64,000 nucleotides of DNA from Haplodiscus bocki (Eukaryota), in assembly GCA_965655095.1 (NCBI GenBank), contig OZ296652.1, positions 29,326,001-29,390,000 on the forward strand. Reading direction: 5' to 3'. Position 1 is the first letter of the stretch. Each line of letters begins with the position of its first letter. The notes below the pieces were generated by a model that was not told the DNA's origin, did not search any database, and saw only the letters and a list, made by a program, of their open reading frames with translations. The position numbers and the translations under genes are program-made. Positions 24,900-39,189 of the stretch are shown one piece after another.

Positions 24900-27800
24900 C
24901 TTGCAATGGAAGTTTATGGTTTCCATCAGATTAAAATAATTAAGTAGGGTAAAAATATGAGAGTTTTTTTAAGCAATTGTAAGTAGCTACACACTGGTGC
25001 TTTGTGCAAAATGCACGATTGGTAGAAGTCACATTTTTTGTTTTGTCCAACATCTTTTATTACTTTGTCAAGGGTCCATTTCCAGTGTCTACAAATGTTT
25101 GCTTGTTTAGTGTCTTGCTGCTGAAATTGAACTTGTTGTTTAGAAAATTGCAGCAGCAGTAAGTTTTGCTACACAAGCTCAACGTTTCAGTTCATCGGAA
25201 TTCTTCCTAAAACAAACCAAGCGCTTCTTTACTATGTTTTTTGTGTTTAGCATAGCACGTGCTTGGAAAAAAATTTCTGCAAGCGTCTTAGGAAAACAAC
25301 CGTTACTGTCTTTACCAAGTAACAATTCCTACTGTTGCCTTTTCGCACTTTGTATACAATCATACAATTCTTTTTCTGCAAAAACCAAAAACTATGAATC
25401 GGTATCTATGTGCATCTCCTCATACTCCAAACTTTGGAGAAAAAAATGTAATAGTGTTCCAACTTTCTCAACTTATTGTAGGAAAAAGAAGCCTACAATG
25501 ATTGTTTCTCTACATTCGATTCCGTGTTTGGCCAGCTCTACGACGTAAAGTTGGCCGTCGATATCTTCCAATTTCTTGAACATTGTAATGTTGATCGCTG
25601 CATGTGTCTTTCCATCGATCATGTAACTGTGACTGAGGAGCGACTGCGATCCTTAATTTGGTAACAGTACGAGTTTTTGGCATGAAACTTCATTGCTTCT
25701 GCAACGACACTGGATTTTGGATTCTCATCTCCGTGACGTTGAGCAATGGCAACGTGTTACACAAAGTAGTTGAAACTATCATCAGGAGTTTATTGAACGA
25801 AACCATTAACTTTTGTGCCCAAGAGTCACAGTTCGCTGTAAAATAGGAGCAACGGTGTAGTGATAGTGGCACTGGTTAGCTGAAAGCTAAAAATTTACAT
25901 TCGTCGTGGCTGGGTTATTAACACTTCCTTCTCAGCATACTCTTGCAATAATGGTCCAATGTCTTGTCTGCTTATGTTTGTATTTAGGAGAACTATCGAA
26001 AAATTTGCAACTTTTACTTTTAGATGTTGTGGAATTTTGATATCACCATGTATGTAACCCAACAATGCGCATGATTTTTTTGGTACAATAACTGGTCCTG
26101 GTGCATCGGACGTATGATTGGGAAAGATAAATTCAAATGTTCGTTTACGGACACATCAGCCTTGTAGGGTTTCCATCATTCACATTTCCATTTTTCGACA
26201 ATAGTGTAACCTTTTTCCTCGATATACTGTGTCCGCATCTCATCTGTCTCCCTCTTTTTTGTTTCATGTTGAATGTCTTCCTCAGTTAGGACAAGTCGAG
26301 CTTCTTGAAAGGGACAGTAGTGATGGAAACAATCCATTGCTTCAAACACTGTGTTACAATGTTCACAGAACCCATCTGCAATGAAAAGTCAGTTTTTTTT
26401 CTGAGTTCCTGTAGCGTAAAACCTCTCAAATCTGCAGTCTGGTCTGATTCGTTGAAAGTATGACTTGATCATTTTTTCGAAACTTTTAGATTCATTCTGT
26501 CACGGCAAGAATCTTTGCAAATCTGATTCAAACTCATACCTTGTGTAGAGTCCTGTAAGCATGGGTTGACAAATTGAGTAAGGGCAGAGTTGGCTAGCAA
26601 CTACTCCAACAACTGATTTGCAGACATTCGTGGAATTGCAGATGTGAGTCTCGTCAACAACAATTTTACGTGTAACCGCCTATGACGGTCCTCTAACCAA
26701 ATCTTCACGAGCTTTTGAAATCAAATCTTTTTCGCTATCTGTGAATGGATAATATTTTGCGCTGGAAGAACTGTGCAGACAACTATTGCCCAGGTTAGGT
26801 AAGGTACATCCAAGCTTGAGCATATCAATAGTTTTACGGTGATAAACCTCGATCATCCTCTGCATAGCCTCCAATGTTCAAACAAGGTCCTTGTTTTTGT
26901 ACTAACAGAAGATTTCTGTGAATGACTGCTGTTTTGTCCCACTGCCACATTTTCTGCAAGTGGGATTAGTTCTCTGATCCATTAAGTGGTATGTCTTAGC
27001 GTATAATTAATTCCGTGCACAGTCTGTCATCAAACCACTACAGTTCAACTTGTCGTAGTCTAAATACTCCTTTTCAAGAGGATTGCATTTTCGTAGTTTG
27101 TAGTGAAAGGCTTCGTAGGGAGGAAGTTCGTTGTTGTTTTTTATCTGGATGGTTGAACCATTCTTACGGAAGGAACCTCTTTGTCACTGATGTCTTGTAA
27201 GAATTCAAGAGTGAATCAAGATTGGTAGCATCTACGAGACAGCTTAAAATGTCATGAAGTTGAACATTACCAAACTTTATCGAAACAAATTGGTTGGCTT
27301 TTTTGATAAATTTCTGTTCAATGTCTCGTCCGTAAACGACAATAAGTATTGAGCAACTCTTGATACCCTTGATATCATATGTCGAACTGTTGAAGCCAAG
27401 GACCGGTAATGTTTTGCAATATCTCTGAAAATGTCCCTACAAGTCAATGAGTTGGTTTTTCTGCATTTGAAGAAACTGTAATGGGCTGTTTTCGGGATTT
27501 TTGTCATCTGCTTCAATACCAGCACAATGACTTTGACGTTGATCTAGTGTTTCTGGGATACGCTCGATTCCTCTTCCGATTGCGGTTTCAGTACGAAGGA
27601 AGTTGATTTTCATTTGAGCTTCAATTTGCGTGACCAAATTCTCCAAAGCAACAACGAAAGATGATACCAAGTCACCGGGGTTAGAAACGCAGAAGAAAAT
27701 ATGTTCTTGTATCAAGTTGGACGATGTCAAAATCGAAGTTTGTGTATGCTTCCCAATCCATGATGATGTTTTCGTGTCCGTAAAACTTTCGTCTCTCACA

Positions 27801-29185
27801 CATATTGAGTCAAGATCAAAAATAGCCGTAATGTTTAAGAAGTTGTTGGTTGTCTCTGTAAGTAAAACCGAACGAGTTAAAATTTACGAAAAGTATTTCA
27901 CGAAGCTGATGCACTTAGCTTGGTTGCACTCTTTCACTGCAAGTCGTCAAATGTGTCTACAGGTTTCCAGATTTGTCAATAATTTCATCACACTATGGGC
28001 AACGACAGGTTTTGAAAAGAGAATTGATATGGATAACAAATGTGACTGTTGTAACGTAATAATCGGACAGTTTTGGAATCTTTGCCAACACCTTTCGGCT
28101 AGCTCTCTAATCATTGCTTCATCCACTGTGTCTATGTCGTACAGGAAAATTTTAACTTGAATCAGGTATTCCACAGTTACAAAATCATTCAAACAAACTT
28201 CTCGAAAATTTATTGGATCAGATCCTCTCATTTTCTCTAGGAAGAGATTAAACAAGTTTGAAGTTTCTTCAACAAGTTTTCCATTTCATGCAAATAGGAA
28301 ACAAGACTTCTAGGTTGTCCTTTTGTCCTTTTGTGGTTCTTTTTTGTTCTCTTCGCAAGTTAGACAATTAACAGTGTGGATTTTTGTGATTGGCTCTGGC
28401 AGTACTTTACATCCCATGTGAACTTCCCTGAATAGGTCAGCAAAAACATTGACGTTTTTAAGTTTGTTGAACTTCCGCTATGTATTTGCTCATTCTTTTG
28501 TGAACATTTCCGTCACATCAAAAATTTTTATCCCTCCTTGATTTTTACCAAAGCTTCTTTGGTCGCCACAAGTTTTGGTCGCTCGATCAAAGTCTTTTTT
28601 TCTGGTGCATAGTTATGTCGACAAATCCCATCTTCCACATTCTTCAGCACAAAGCATGAGGCAACAATAAACTTTGCTGCACACTTTGGTTTCTTCAACG
28701 CTGTGTCTAGTTTCTTGCTCAGAGTGTGTACATCAAGCAACTCCATGGCAAAATTGATCACTTTATCTCTCCCCTTCTGCATCTCAGAGTCCGCAAGAAA
28801 ATGCTTGCACGTTTCCCAATCTTCTATCGAACTGTCATCCCCAATCCCTCCCACTGACTGTGACTGTGTTACAGCAACAAATTTGGTCTCCAATACACTT
28901 TGTGCGTTGTGCACCTTCTGTCTTGATAATCAAAAGGAACAAAAACCAACAAAAGCTGGGTAATAATTTTGGCCCTTTGAATCTTTTTGATTGGGGTTGA
29001 GCTATGCTTTTTTGCAATGTGAAAGTTGAGATCAACCTGCGAACGTGTTGAGATATTGGGATTTTTAGCAAAAAAAAGGGTTTTAACTATACATGTCATC
29101 TTGTGTCAAATCAATTTCTTCTTTGAAGTCTTCGTTCTAAAATTTTTTGCAAGTAATATTTCCTTTTTGGGTTAAGGAAGGCCTT
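24900..29185 (-). pseudogene. polB: Protein-primed family B DNA polymerase (Polinton A)
   Basis: Motif A 'VASQLCPYS' ~26590, motif B 'MKFHAKNSYCYQ' ~25660-25695, motif C 'IDTDS' ~25400; colinear with 59617-63975. Confidence 0.9.
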
Positions 29186-29519
29186 TTCGTTAAAAATTTT
29201 TTTCGCAAAATAATCTGAGAGAAATGTAAAGACTGTAGCAATTTGATTTTAGTTGTGCGAACGAAAGAATTGAATATTAGCCATTAGCAAGTTGCATTCA
29301 TCCGTTTTACCTTACTGGATAGATCATGGAAAGAAACACCGATTCACATGACTTTAGAAGGAGAGATTGATTCACATTACCGTGAAAGGAGCTGTCAGTC
29401 GTTTTTCTGCTAACATAAGTTTATGGGAAGTAGTTCGCTAAATAAATATTTTATCTTCTCAAATATGGAGATGATGCCTGAAAATTTATTCTAGTAGATC
29501 AAGTTTTCCTTGATAAGGC

Positions 29520-29670
29520 GAAGGCTTGTCTGAGAAAATATATCAAATTCAAGTACACTAAGTACCGTCCTTCTACGGCGACAGCCTGTCTGAGATAAAT
29601 TTGCACGTGGAAAAAAAATTCCCTGAACAAGAGACAATTTGTCTGAGTAAAAATTTCACGTGAAACAACT
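29520..29670. repeat. Short degenerate repeats (TGTCTGAG...CAAGT/CACGTG) upstream of polB
   Basis: TGTCTGAG at ~29527, 29587, 29640; mirrored in B at 59140-59360. Confidence 0.55.
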
Positions 29671-29989
29671 ATCACTTGAGTACTTTACTTTTGTATCAAG
29701 TGTCAATCAAGACCATGAAATTAAAAGTTTAGTTCTGCACAGTGACGGTAGTGTGGGACTTAAAAGCATTGAATTACCAAAATGCATGATAGTATCATCC
29801 AACAAAAAATTCGTCGAAGCTCTTAACCACTTCACCACCTTTTCAAACTTAAAGTCAAAAAGAAAACGATTGAACCTGATTGGTTGAATTATAAGCAATG
29901 CCATTATTGTGTTGAAAATTGAAATCCGCATATTTTCTACGTCTAGACCTCGAAACAATTCCTTTTGCCAAAAACTGAAGATTCAAACA

Positions 29990-30560
29990 ATCAATGTCTA
30001 TCGAACATGGTATTCACAGTTTGAGCAAACTATAGTCAATTTCTGAAGATTTTCCAGAACGATTTTTGGAGGGAAAAGACGCAGATGGTTGTTTATTTTT
30101 CACAAAACTTGAGATTCTCCCAATCTCATCAGAAGATTGTTGGAGTCACTAGATGTTCAACAAATCAAATTTGCCTTCAAACTATTTCGATTTTGCGACA
30201 TAAAAACCCAACAACGATATAATCTCAAAGAAGAAAATTCCATATCTAGAAGGGAAATTGTCGTCCTATTAGACAACTTGTGTGATTTTCTGAAAGTTTG
30301 CGAACAAGTCAGCAAATCCCCACAGATTCTATTGTCGAGACACAAATTTGAAATTGGCTCCACATTGTCAAAGGACGACCTCTTGCTCAATGATATAAAG
30401 ATTTTTGAGATTATTACAACAAGCGTAAACGTTTATCTCTTCGTTTTGAACAAACAACAAGTGTATCTTTTCCATCAAAAAAAATCACCTTTTCAACTGA
30501 GAGTTGCAGAGATTCTAAACATTAACCATCACGATTATTACAGTCTTTAAAGGAGCCGAT
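29990..30560 (+). pseudogene. Conserved Polinton ORF, possibly PC4-like; ortholog at ~58150-58791 (-)
   Basis: 'IKFAFKLFRFCDIKTQQRYNLKEENSISRREI..LLDNLCDFLK' is colinear with B. Confidence 0.45.
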
Positions 30561-31996
30561 AACTTAGGGCCTACAAGATACGATTTTGTGACAGCATCTA
30601 CGACATCTAAAGTGCTCAAAAAAACCAAGTAGTAAGAGGTGTACTGCTTTAACAAAAGCTGCAATGGAGAGAAATGTGTGCTTCTGGAAGCTCAATAAAC
30701 ATCTCCGACATCCGTTCAAAGTTGTTGAAAGTGTGGAGCGCGGTCGTTTTCTTACAAAGTACATTTCTCGTTGCAGGAGCACGTAAAGACAACAAAAAAG
30801 ATAAAAACACGATTTTTAGCCAGAAAAGATTGACTTGTTACCTGGCGAAGAGAGATTTATTAATATTACGATTCAATGAGCCAAAAAACTGCAAGAAAGA
30901 AAGTTTAAATTTTCATGTGGACACCAAACTTTAAAAGTTTTTGGAGATGCATTTTGTCCAACATTTAACGGCAAAAGGTATGTGTACATTTCAACGAATA
31001 AAGCGTCTTGTTTCTGCGATTCTAAAAGTTGTGAAGCCATCTGTCATGTACAAAAAATTCATTCAAGGAAAAAAACCAATACTGACCTTATTTGGTGAAT
31101 ATTCACATATTGCTTTGCACAAAAAAAGCAAAACGAAACGCATTCACCAGAAAACCCCCTTTTTTGAAGAAGTTTCTATGCCAACCAAAATCTAAAACAA
31201 CCGAACGTGACCTTAAAAAGGGAAAAATTTATACAATTTTCGGTAAAAATAAGATGAGCTCCCATTGGCTGAGCAACTGAGCTAGATTTCAACTTTGGTT
31301 ATTTTCATAGAACTTTAATCTACATTCAAGCAGCATAATTTTCGAATTTTCTAGCGGAGAACTCCAGCGGTCTCCTGATTTACATCCACATTCATTTACT
31401 CTGACTGTAAAAGATCCCGTCCCAGAAATGACAAAATATTCGCAAGAAATTTTCCTGCCAGCTTGGGACTTGTTTTTGTCCCAAATACTAGAGTTTCTAG
31501 ACAATCATATGGCACAAATCCCAATCACTCCCAACCAGAAAGAACATTTGAAATGAAGCAGTAGGTTCTTGCTGGTGTTGGAGCGCAGGATATGAATACT
31601 AGAGACTCTGAGCTATCAGACTGGGAGGACATTGAATTCTTCAAGGAAAAACTTCAATAGGAGATGGATGCTGTCCTTAGACCGGGGATAGATACTCTTT
31701 TTTCACCATCAGCCTTTGATTACTAGGACACATGAGGATCGTCCGTAAATCTCATTGTATTGGATGAAGAGAAAGACAAGGAGAACTTTCTTCCAACATC
31801 TGCAGTAGTTGAACGTCAGACTGATCCTTACAGGTTGCTTAGAAGTCGTCCTTTTGGAAGTCGGATTGAAAATATGCCAAAATCTGTGAATAAGGACTTT
31901 GTTTGAATAAATTTATAGTGTACGTGTCTTTAATATTACTTACAATTAAGTAAAATGTTCCATTAACAACACAATTTTTCTCCAAATTAATCATAA

Positions 31997-32240
31997 ATGT
32001 TTGATGTAAAAACAGTTTTGGTTTTTGTAGGTTTTTCAGTGGAAGCCAGCTTTTGCATACATTGAGTCAATGCTTAGAAAAGCATAATGAAAGCATTGTT
32101 TAAAACCTTTGTGAAGATGAGCACAAAGGTTTTTTGCTTGGACGGCGAATGCTATTATTTATGCGATGGACATATTGTGGGCTGGAGCTGTTCTTGGTGC
32201 TACGGAAGAAAGGATTCGATGTTTTTTGTGTTCTTTTTAG
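31997..32240 (+). pseudogene. Signal peptide + EGF-like domain gene (Polinton A)
   Basis: MFDVKTVLVFVGFSVEASFCI...LCEDEHKG/FCLDGECYYLCDGHIVGWSCSWCYG../RC (slashes mark frameshifts). Confidence 0.75.
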
Positions 32241-32269
32241 GTAGGACATTTCCTTCGGAAAACATTTTC

Positions 32270-32460
32270 CTCTGAAAATCTGTCACCTTGTAAAATACAT
32301 AATTCAAAATCTGACGCGCTGTAAAAAACCTGTTTTGAAATCTGAGACGTTTTAAAAAACATATAACATGCTTCAGAAGCCGACACTTTGTAAAAATTGC
32401 CACTCAGAATCTGACACATTGTAGAATTTTCAGTTCAGAAATTCATGCGTTACAATGCTT
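32270..32460. repeat. ~31-bp tandem array (TCAAAATCTGACGCGTTGTAA-like), ~6 units
   Basis: Units at ~32274, 32303, 32335, 32372, 32403, 32433; reverse complement of the array at 56160-56570. Confidence 0.8.
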
Positions 32461-33569
32461 TTCAAAAAATGATTTTTTAAATTGATTGTGAGGCTTTAAC
32501 ATGAAACTGGCTTTTATACAAGGAGAGTGTAAGGAGTGTAAAATTTTTGTTTCTCTGATAATCAGTGGAATCTGTTTTTTTTCATAGGTTCTTTTTTGTT
32601 GTGGGACTGATGATGGCTGTAATGGCCAATTCGTTTGCACTACCTCTTCACCTTTTCAAAATTTTTTGGATTGCAAAGAAATGTTAGTTTATAATTTTTT
32701 TATTCTAAAGGATAATAATTTACTATCATAAATACCATAACCGTCCAAAATCAACTTACAAATTTTGTTGTTCCCAAATCATACTTAGTCTTTTTAACTA
32801 GTTCAATTCTCTCCGTAAAAAAACAATGATTCGTTTGTTCGCGTTGATTATGTTTTTTGTTTGAAATTACCTCAATAAGTGATTTTATACTTTTCTTCCT
32901 ATAGTCTTTTTTTGCAATGCTGGGCATTTTGTCCACTCCTCTGTTTCTGTGGTTAAAGGAGACTGCTTTTTGCCCATTATCAAACAATTGTCCGCTCTCG
33001 GCATCAATTCTTCTGCTGAATCCATACTTGAATAGCGTTCAAAGGCAGTCCATGTGTTGATATATAAAATGGAACGCGTCCAATGTCTGTAGCAAGTCAT
33101 CAATGTCTCCTATCAAAGTATTGAGGTAACTGCAATGGGCAAAAAACACAGTTTGTCATCATGGTGAGCGAAACAGTAAGTCTTACATACAATATAATTT
33201 TCCTACGTGTTTGCAGAAATAAAAAGAGTGCTTTTTGAACAGTTTAGTTTGCATGAAAACTGCGTATCTTTTGTATCAATACAGCTGCCATCTGATTGTT
33301 GAGTTGTTTTATGAAAAACAAAGTATCTCTAATTTTCGTACAAACTCACCAAAAAGAATAACACGAGACAATGATAAAAAAAGGGAGATTCTTCTGAAAT
33401 ATGATCCGAGAATGATCAAATGAAGAAACATTATCTGAGACCGACCAAAAAAGGAAATATGATTGAAAAAATAAGCGCATATAAGCGACAACTTGCAGCA
33501 CCAAAGTCATTCCTTAACATTCTTTCTCAGAAAGTAATTTCAGCTACCAAATTTTTATCTCACGGACCA

Positions 33570-34160
33570 AACGCTTTGGTTTATAAAACTATTACTTCCT
33601 TGGACAAACTCCTCTGTACAAACTACGTGGACTTTGGAAAATGCCATGGCAGATTTAATTGATTTTTTTGGTCCAAAATGATTCCAAGTAGTTGGATAGA
33701 AAACTCAAATTGTTCAGGACAGATAACAACAGACTTTCACTTGATCCAATATCTTACAATGGGAGAGTCAAATTTGAAAATGTTCATGCGTTTGAGGAAG
33801 TAGCTGGTCATTGTAGCAGAAAACATTGGATGAGATTAAAAGTTGTCCCCAGTGCTGAACCCAAAATTGTTGGAAAACATATATTAACAACGCAATAAAG
33901 CTGACAAGTTGGTTACTTTTATGGACCGTCCCTACAAAAAGCTTTGTGTGACACTGCTGCGCTACAATGTGCACAATTCAAAGACTTCATACGCTCATGT
34001 CCGATTAATTAAAAGGAAGGAAGAAGTCGAGTAATTTCGATAAAATGTCTATGTGAATTATAAAATTGAAGAAATTTTTTTATGCAATTGATGAAATGAC
34101 TTTTGTATTTGATAAAGTTGATAATAACAAACCTAACTGTGATGTCCAATATAAAGTTTT
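33570..34160 (+). pseudogene. Conserved Polinton ORF (PC4/ssDNA-binding-like), ortholog of 54390-54960
   Basis: 'LDKLLCTNYVDFGKCHGRF', 'DRKLKLFRTDNN'. Confidence 0.5.
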
Positions 34161-35049
34161 TGCAACTGTTTATTCTACATAGTTTTGTATTGTATTCGAG
34201 TCAAATAAGGTTGGAACATTGGAGATAAGAAAAACCTATTTCTCAGATTACAACCCATATTTGGGGTCTCAACGTGTTGTACTTCCAAAACCTAGTAATT
34301 CTCTCGAAAAAGTTACACTAACTCTAGCGGAAAAGCAACAACTGCGAGATATTGAAAAGTCTGATTCAAAAGACGCAATTTCTTGTCTGAAACAGAAAAG
34401 ATACAACGGTATCAGAAAAATTTGTGTAGGCTACTAGACAGATACAGAGAAGTTCAGTGTTGTCGTATACCGCTGCGGAAACAACATATGTTTGAATGAT
34501 TTGGGACTGAACTGAAAATGACAAAATATGAAGAGCTTTTTTTTGAACCAAAATATCTCTTGAGCTATATCGACGTCTGTCTCAAGCGGTGCATTGCACC
34601 AGATGAAACAACTGGTTTTAATTTGAACAGACTTCGTCAAAAATTCATTTTTTTCTACGGAGCATTTTCCGATTGTATCCGGGATTGAAACTGTCATTTC
34701 AACACGATAGTGCCCGCAAAAACTTTTTTCTAAAGGCATGTTTCTCTTCGGATTCTAGACTCTCTTTGAGTAGGGTGGACCAAAAATTTGAAATCGGTGG
34801 AAACATTGATTTTCGGAACTCGTACTACGAGTAGTTACATCGTGATTTCGAAGTTTTCAGACTACACGAAATACTACATGATGGTGCTGGAGCAGTGGCG
34901 GCACATAGTGGCAATGTCCAGGTTACTAGTACATGATTGGAGGAAAAGAGAATTCATGTTTGCTTCATCAAGTGACTAGGCTACCCTTTTGCCTTACGTA
35001 AAATTCCTTCTGCTTTACATTTTCAAGTCTCTCGATTTTTGAAGCAGTA

Positions 35050-35433
35050 TATTTTCTCTTTTAGTACATATTGAGCTCGCAGATAAAAACACTAATAAAA
35101 AACTGTTCAGGGATACTAATTTAGTCAGCCAGGAAGCGAAAACCTACAAAACAAGCTTCTTGGTGTGCGAGTAGTTTGCACGGAGTTGTGTGGATTAGTG
35201 GAAGATTGGATTACAGTGACAGAGAAAGGCAAGTTTTTGAGGCAATTTATGGGATAAAGAAGTGGAAAACTTGAACGATCGTGGATGCCCCAAATTTCAA
35301 GAGCTTTTAGAATCAGATAATGAAATGTGGATTTGCTCCTTCCACCGCTTGCGACAAAAAACTACACTTCTCTGTGCTGAGCTACAGGAAAAATTGATTG
35401 GTAAATGGACAATGCCGCACTTGAAAATGTAAA
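35050..35433 (+). pseudogene. DnaQ/DEDD-like exonuclease-fold ORF, ortholog of 53045-53490
   Basis: 'HIELADKN...KEVENLNDRGCPKFQEL...WICS...KTTLLCAE'. Confidence 0.5.
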
Positions 35434-35778
35434 TTTTGTATTTCATTATGTATTGTTTGTGGTGTCTACGTAATAAAGGCTTTTTGTTTCCAATTGTTTC
35501 CAAAGTTCTTCAAGGTGAAATTGAGCATAAAAACTAGATGACTGATCACGCAGATAAACTTATTCTGGGCAAAAAATGTTTTTGACGACAACAATCGAGA
35601 TGGCAAATCGTGGGTTTGTTTGGGACAAACCTGTTACTGATCTCTGATTAACCTTTTGTACTTCTTTTTTGTAATGTTGTCTTTATTTGGTTGTTTCTAG
35701 AGAAATCAATTGTCAAAAATATGTTTACGTGTGAATTTTGTGCAGTGCAACAGGATACATTTTATCCGGGTCAGGAAT

Positions 35779-36500
35779 ATGAAAAAGTTAATTTCTAGAG
35801 AAGAAAGCGTCTTTATATCATTGATTGGAGAGTTCGGGGGCTGAAAAATGCAACTCTTTTACATTTGGGTAAGAAGGGGAAATTTTCAAGCAACTTTTGC
35901 CAGAAGTTTTTCTTATCAACAAGGACGTTATGCAAAGAGAAATCGAAAGTCTTGAGTTTGTTCAAGTTGTACACTTTGAATTGTTGATTTGCTAAAATAC
36001 AACGGTACGAAGTGCTTTTTATTTTTCATTGTTTCTACTGCATAGATTTGCATTTCGTTGACTTTGCTACTGCTGGAAGACGTCGCGGATTGAATAATAC
36101 TTACATAAAGCACAACCTTGTTCATCAAAGAAAATTAGAGCGAGTTGCTGAGCTCCAAAATACGCACATTGTTCATTTCAGATCTCTCCGTGTTGTGGTG
36201 CAAGTTAGTAGTACGCTCTTTGTACACTCGTTTCGTGGACCAGAGCAAATTGACTGGTATCAAAATGCAACATTTTGTCCGTAGGGTTGTCTATTGATTG
36301 ATTAGTCGCCGCGTACAGACGATACACTACGTTATTAATCAAACCGACCCGGATCGGTTCAAAAAATTTAAATTCTTTGGACGATGAACACACAAAACCG
36401 AACTGTTCCAATCGTTTTCCCAAAAAATCAGAAGTCTTTTTTTCAGTTTTGTTAAAAACAGTGTTTTGTGTTTCTCTGCACATACATAGGAAGTTTGCTC
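35779..36500 (+). pseudogene. A32/FtsK-like packaging ATPase (A)
   Basis: 'FVDFATAGRRRGLNNTYIKHNLVHQRKLERVAELQNTHIVHFRS'; colinear with B. Confidence 0.8.
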
Positions 36501-37049
36501 AAACGAAACCTGCAAAGCATAAACAGACATCACGAATCAAAAAGTCAAAATGAAGTTCGATTGTTCTCTCTTAAAACTTACTTGGAGGCAAAGAAGGGAC
36601 GTTATGGCATCCAAAAAAAAGGTTACAGATCCTAAAAGTAATAACAATTCCCGTCAGTATTCCTTTGTCTTGATATGTAAGAGTTTGCTCTCGTCCCTTT
36701 TTCTGTGTAAAACAACAAGATTTTGTTCCATTCTCAGTCAATTACGAAGCAGGACCTCCAAAGTGTTAAACTGAGCAAATTCCTACGTACCAAATTGACT
36801 CGATAAAAAAGAAGTATAACAAAAAGTTGTTTGTCGAAGAAGACTTTTTATTTGACAAAAATTTCCCTTGTCCATTTATCAAGCTCTGAAATTCAGAGAC
36901 TTTAATATTGCACGGTGTAAAAAGCGGCGTTTTTGTTGGATTTACCTCAACAACTGCGTCGAAAAGATACAGACGTGGTCGACAATTACTTTACTTTACT
37001 TTACGCTGCTAGAAAATCTCAAAATCTGGTTTTCAATCAGAATGCCAGA

Positions 37050-37975
37050 ACCAAACAAAATAGAACCTAGGTCTCTTTCAAAATTTGAACGGCAGAAATT
37101 GCAAAAAATGTATACTCAACGTATTGCTGCTTATGGATTTTTGCGCAATTTATCAAACGCTAGCAATCTACCATCGCCATAGGTGAGACAATTTTTACGT
37201 TCAAGACTTCGTGCCACACAATGATTTTGGTAATGTAAAGATTCGAGAGATAGAAGGCTATTGCTGGGTTCAAAAGAAAAAATTGGTGATTGGGTCTTGC
37301 TTTCGCTTGAAAATTGGCAAGAAGAAAAAAATAGTGTAAAGTTTTCACTAGTTCGCCCAGACTTGTTTGATTGGACAGTCGATGCAAAAGTAATAAAAAC
37401 TAAAGATTCCAAAGAGACTGTAAGAGCGTTTTCAAACATGATTAAAAAAAGAATAGACCCCAGAAAGTTTGGGTTGAGAAAAGGATGGAGCTTGCCGGAG
37501 AATTTAATAGCTTTTTGTAACTTTCAGGGATTAAAAGTTCACTCTACGATAAATGAGAACATTGTTGCTTTTTTAAACGTACAATAAGATCAAGAAAACC
37601 ATTCTTCACCATTACATGGAGGACTATGTGTACAAATACGTTCAAAAGTTCCCACAGTTTTTCTTAAATTCGAAGTCCAGGAAGAATTTTTTGGTTGATT
37701 TGAAGCCAGGAGATGACAAAATTCCGATTTTTTCCATTTTTTACAGCGAACCTCTACGAGGGTACAAAAAACCAAAAACTGGAAATGGAAGATAAAGTTC
37801 GCATCTCAAAGTAAGATTACCCATCACGAAAGGGGCATAAGTTTCGTTTTACGCAAGAAGTTTTCGGATTTGTAGCGATTGCTAGCAGAAAACCACCTGA
37901 CCACATGCATACACAATGAAGATGATCAGGAGGAGAATATACTGCCAAGTTTTATCGAAAAATATGATAAAAGTA
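37050..37975 (+). pseudogene. Retroviral-like (c-)integrase (A)
   Basis: 'LSKFERQKLQKMYTQ..AYG', 'LVRPDLFDWTVDAK...KDSKETVRAF'; positional ortholog in B. Confidence 0.75.
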
Positions 37976-37983
37976 ATTTAACA

Positions 37984-38790
37984 ATGAATTCGTTTTACAG
38001 TAAAATTGGTCTCTGAAGCATCTGTGAAAATTTTCCAGACAATACACTCAGCTCCTTGACAAATTTCTTGTGGAGCAACTTAATCAGGAGGGGCAATAGG
38101 GTGAGGTTGCAGTTTTGGAAAAATCTTATCCATCAATGTACCAAATGGTGGCAGAGGGGTAAATTATGTTTTTTGACACAAAACTTTCAAACTTGTCAGT
38201 ATAGTATTGTCTGGAAACCGATCTCTAGGAATCAGTTACCGAGTGTGTGGAAGCCATGAGCACGCTCATTCGAGAACGACATAATCAAACCAAAACTCTT
38301 TTTTGAGATCAAAGTGTTGTTGAAAACGCAAAACATAGAACTTTAACTCGCCAATGAAGGGTCAAGTCTTGCTTTTTTTAGTACGGACGTGTGTTACATG
38401 TTTGGAGGCCATATTTTCAATGCTTTTGGGGTAGTGCTGAGAAGAAAAAGACCTCACAAGCCGGCGTTTGCTGAAAACAATGTCCGCATGCGTTCCCTAA
38501 GGATATACACAGTGTCGATATGGTACAATAATGTTCATGAAACAAAAACTCCATTACCGCGTTGCTTTTCCTTTATTTCTCAAGTAAAATCTGGGGACAT
38601 TATAACTACTGGACAATACATAAACTATCAGAGTTTTATTAATCTACAAATACGAACACCGCTCGAAAGTTCTTTTCATAGTTTTGACATAAACTTGAGA
38701 GACACCAGAAGTGAAAAATTCCTTATGTATCTGTGGACATTATTCGACTGGTTATGATGTTTAAAAAAGTTTCCAATACTCTTTTTTCAA
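37984..38790 (+). pseudogene. Minor capsid/penton (A)
   Basis: 'PDNTLSSLTNFL.EQL', 'TKTPLPRCF...GQYINYQSF.NLQ.R...FHSFDINLRD'. Confidence 0.75.
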
Positions 38791-38808
38791 CAAAAAGCAC
38801 GTTAAAAG

Positions 38809-39160
38809 ATGGTTGCTTCACGACAAGTAGAATTTCCATACTATAGAAGGAATGGTCGACAACGTGGAAGGGGTTTCACTTGCCCAATTTTTTGGGAGAA
38901 CAGATTTTCCTTTTTTAAGTGAACATTTTGTCCCATCTGCAAAACGTATGGGTGTTGATTTGATGGATATTGCTGCGCCAGAAGTTGCGGGGGTTGTAAG
39001 TGGTAGAAAAAATTTTGAGAGCGCTTCAAAGAGTGTGGGAAGGCAAATATTGGTAAATCATTAGGGCAGTGGTAGGCAGCAGACAAAAATCTCTGCAACA
39101 AAATCTTCCAAACAATCCCGTTGTTCACGTAGAGACAATTTCCCTTTTTTTTCTCGTTAA
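38809..39160 (+). pseudogene. Small basic virion-core-like protein (QRGRG motif) (A)
   Basis: MVASRQVEFPYYRRNGRQRGRGF...; ortholog of 49304-49660. Confidence 0.6.
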
Positions 39161-39189
39161 TCATATCCAACAAATTTCAGGTTTAAATT

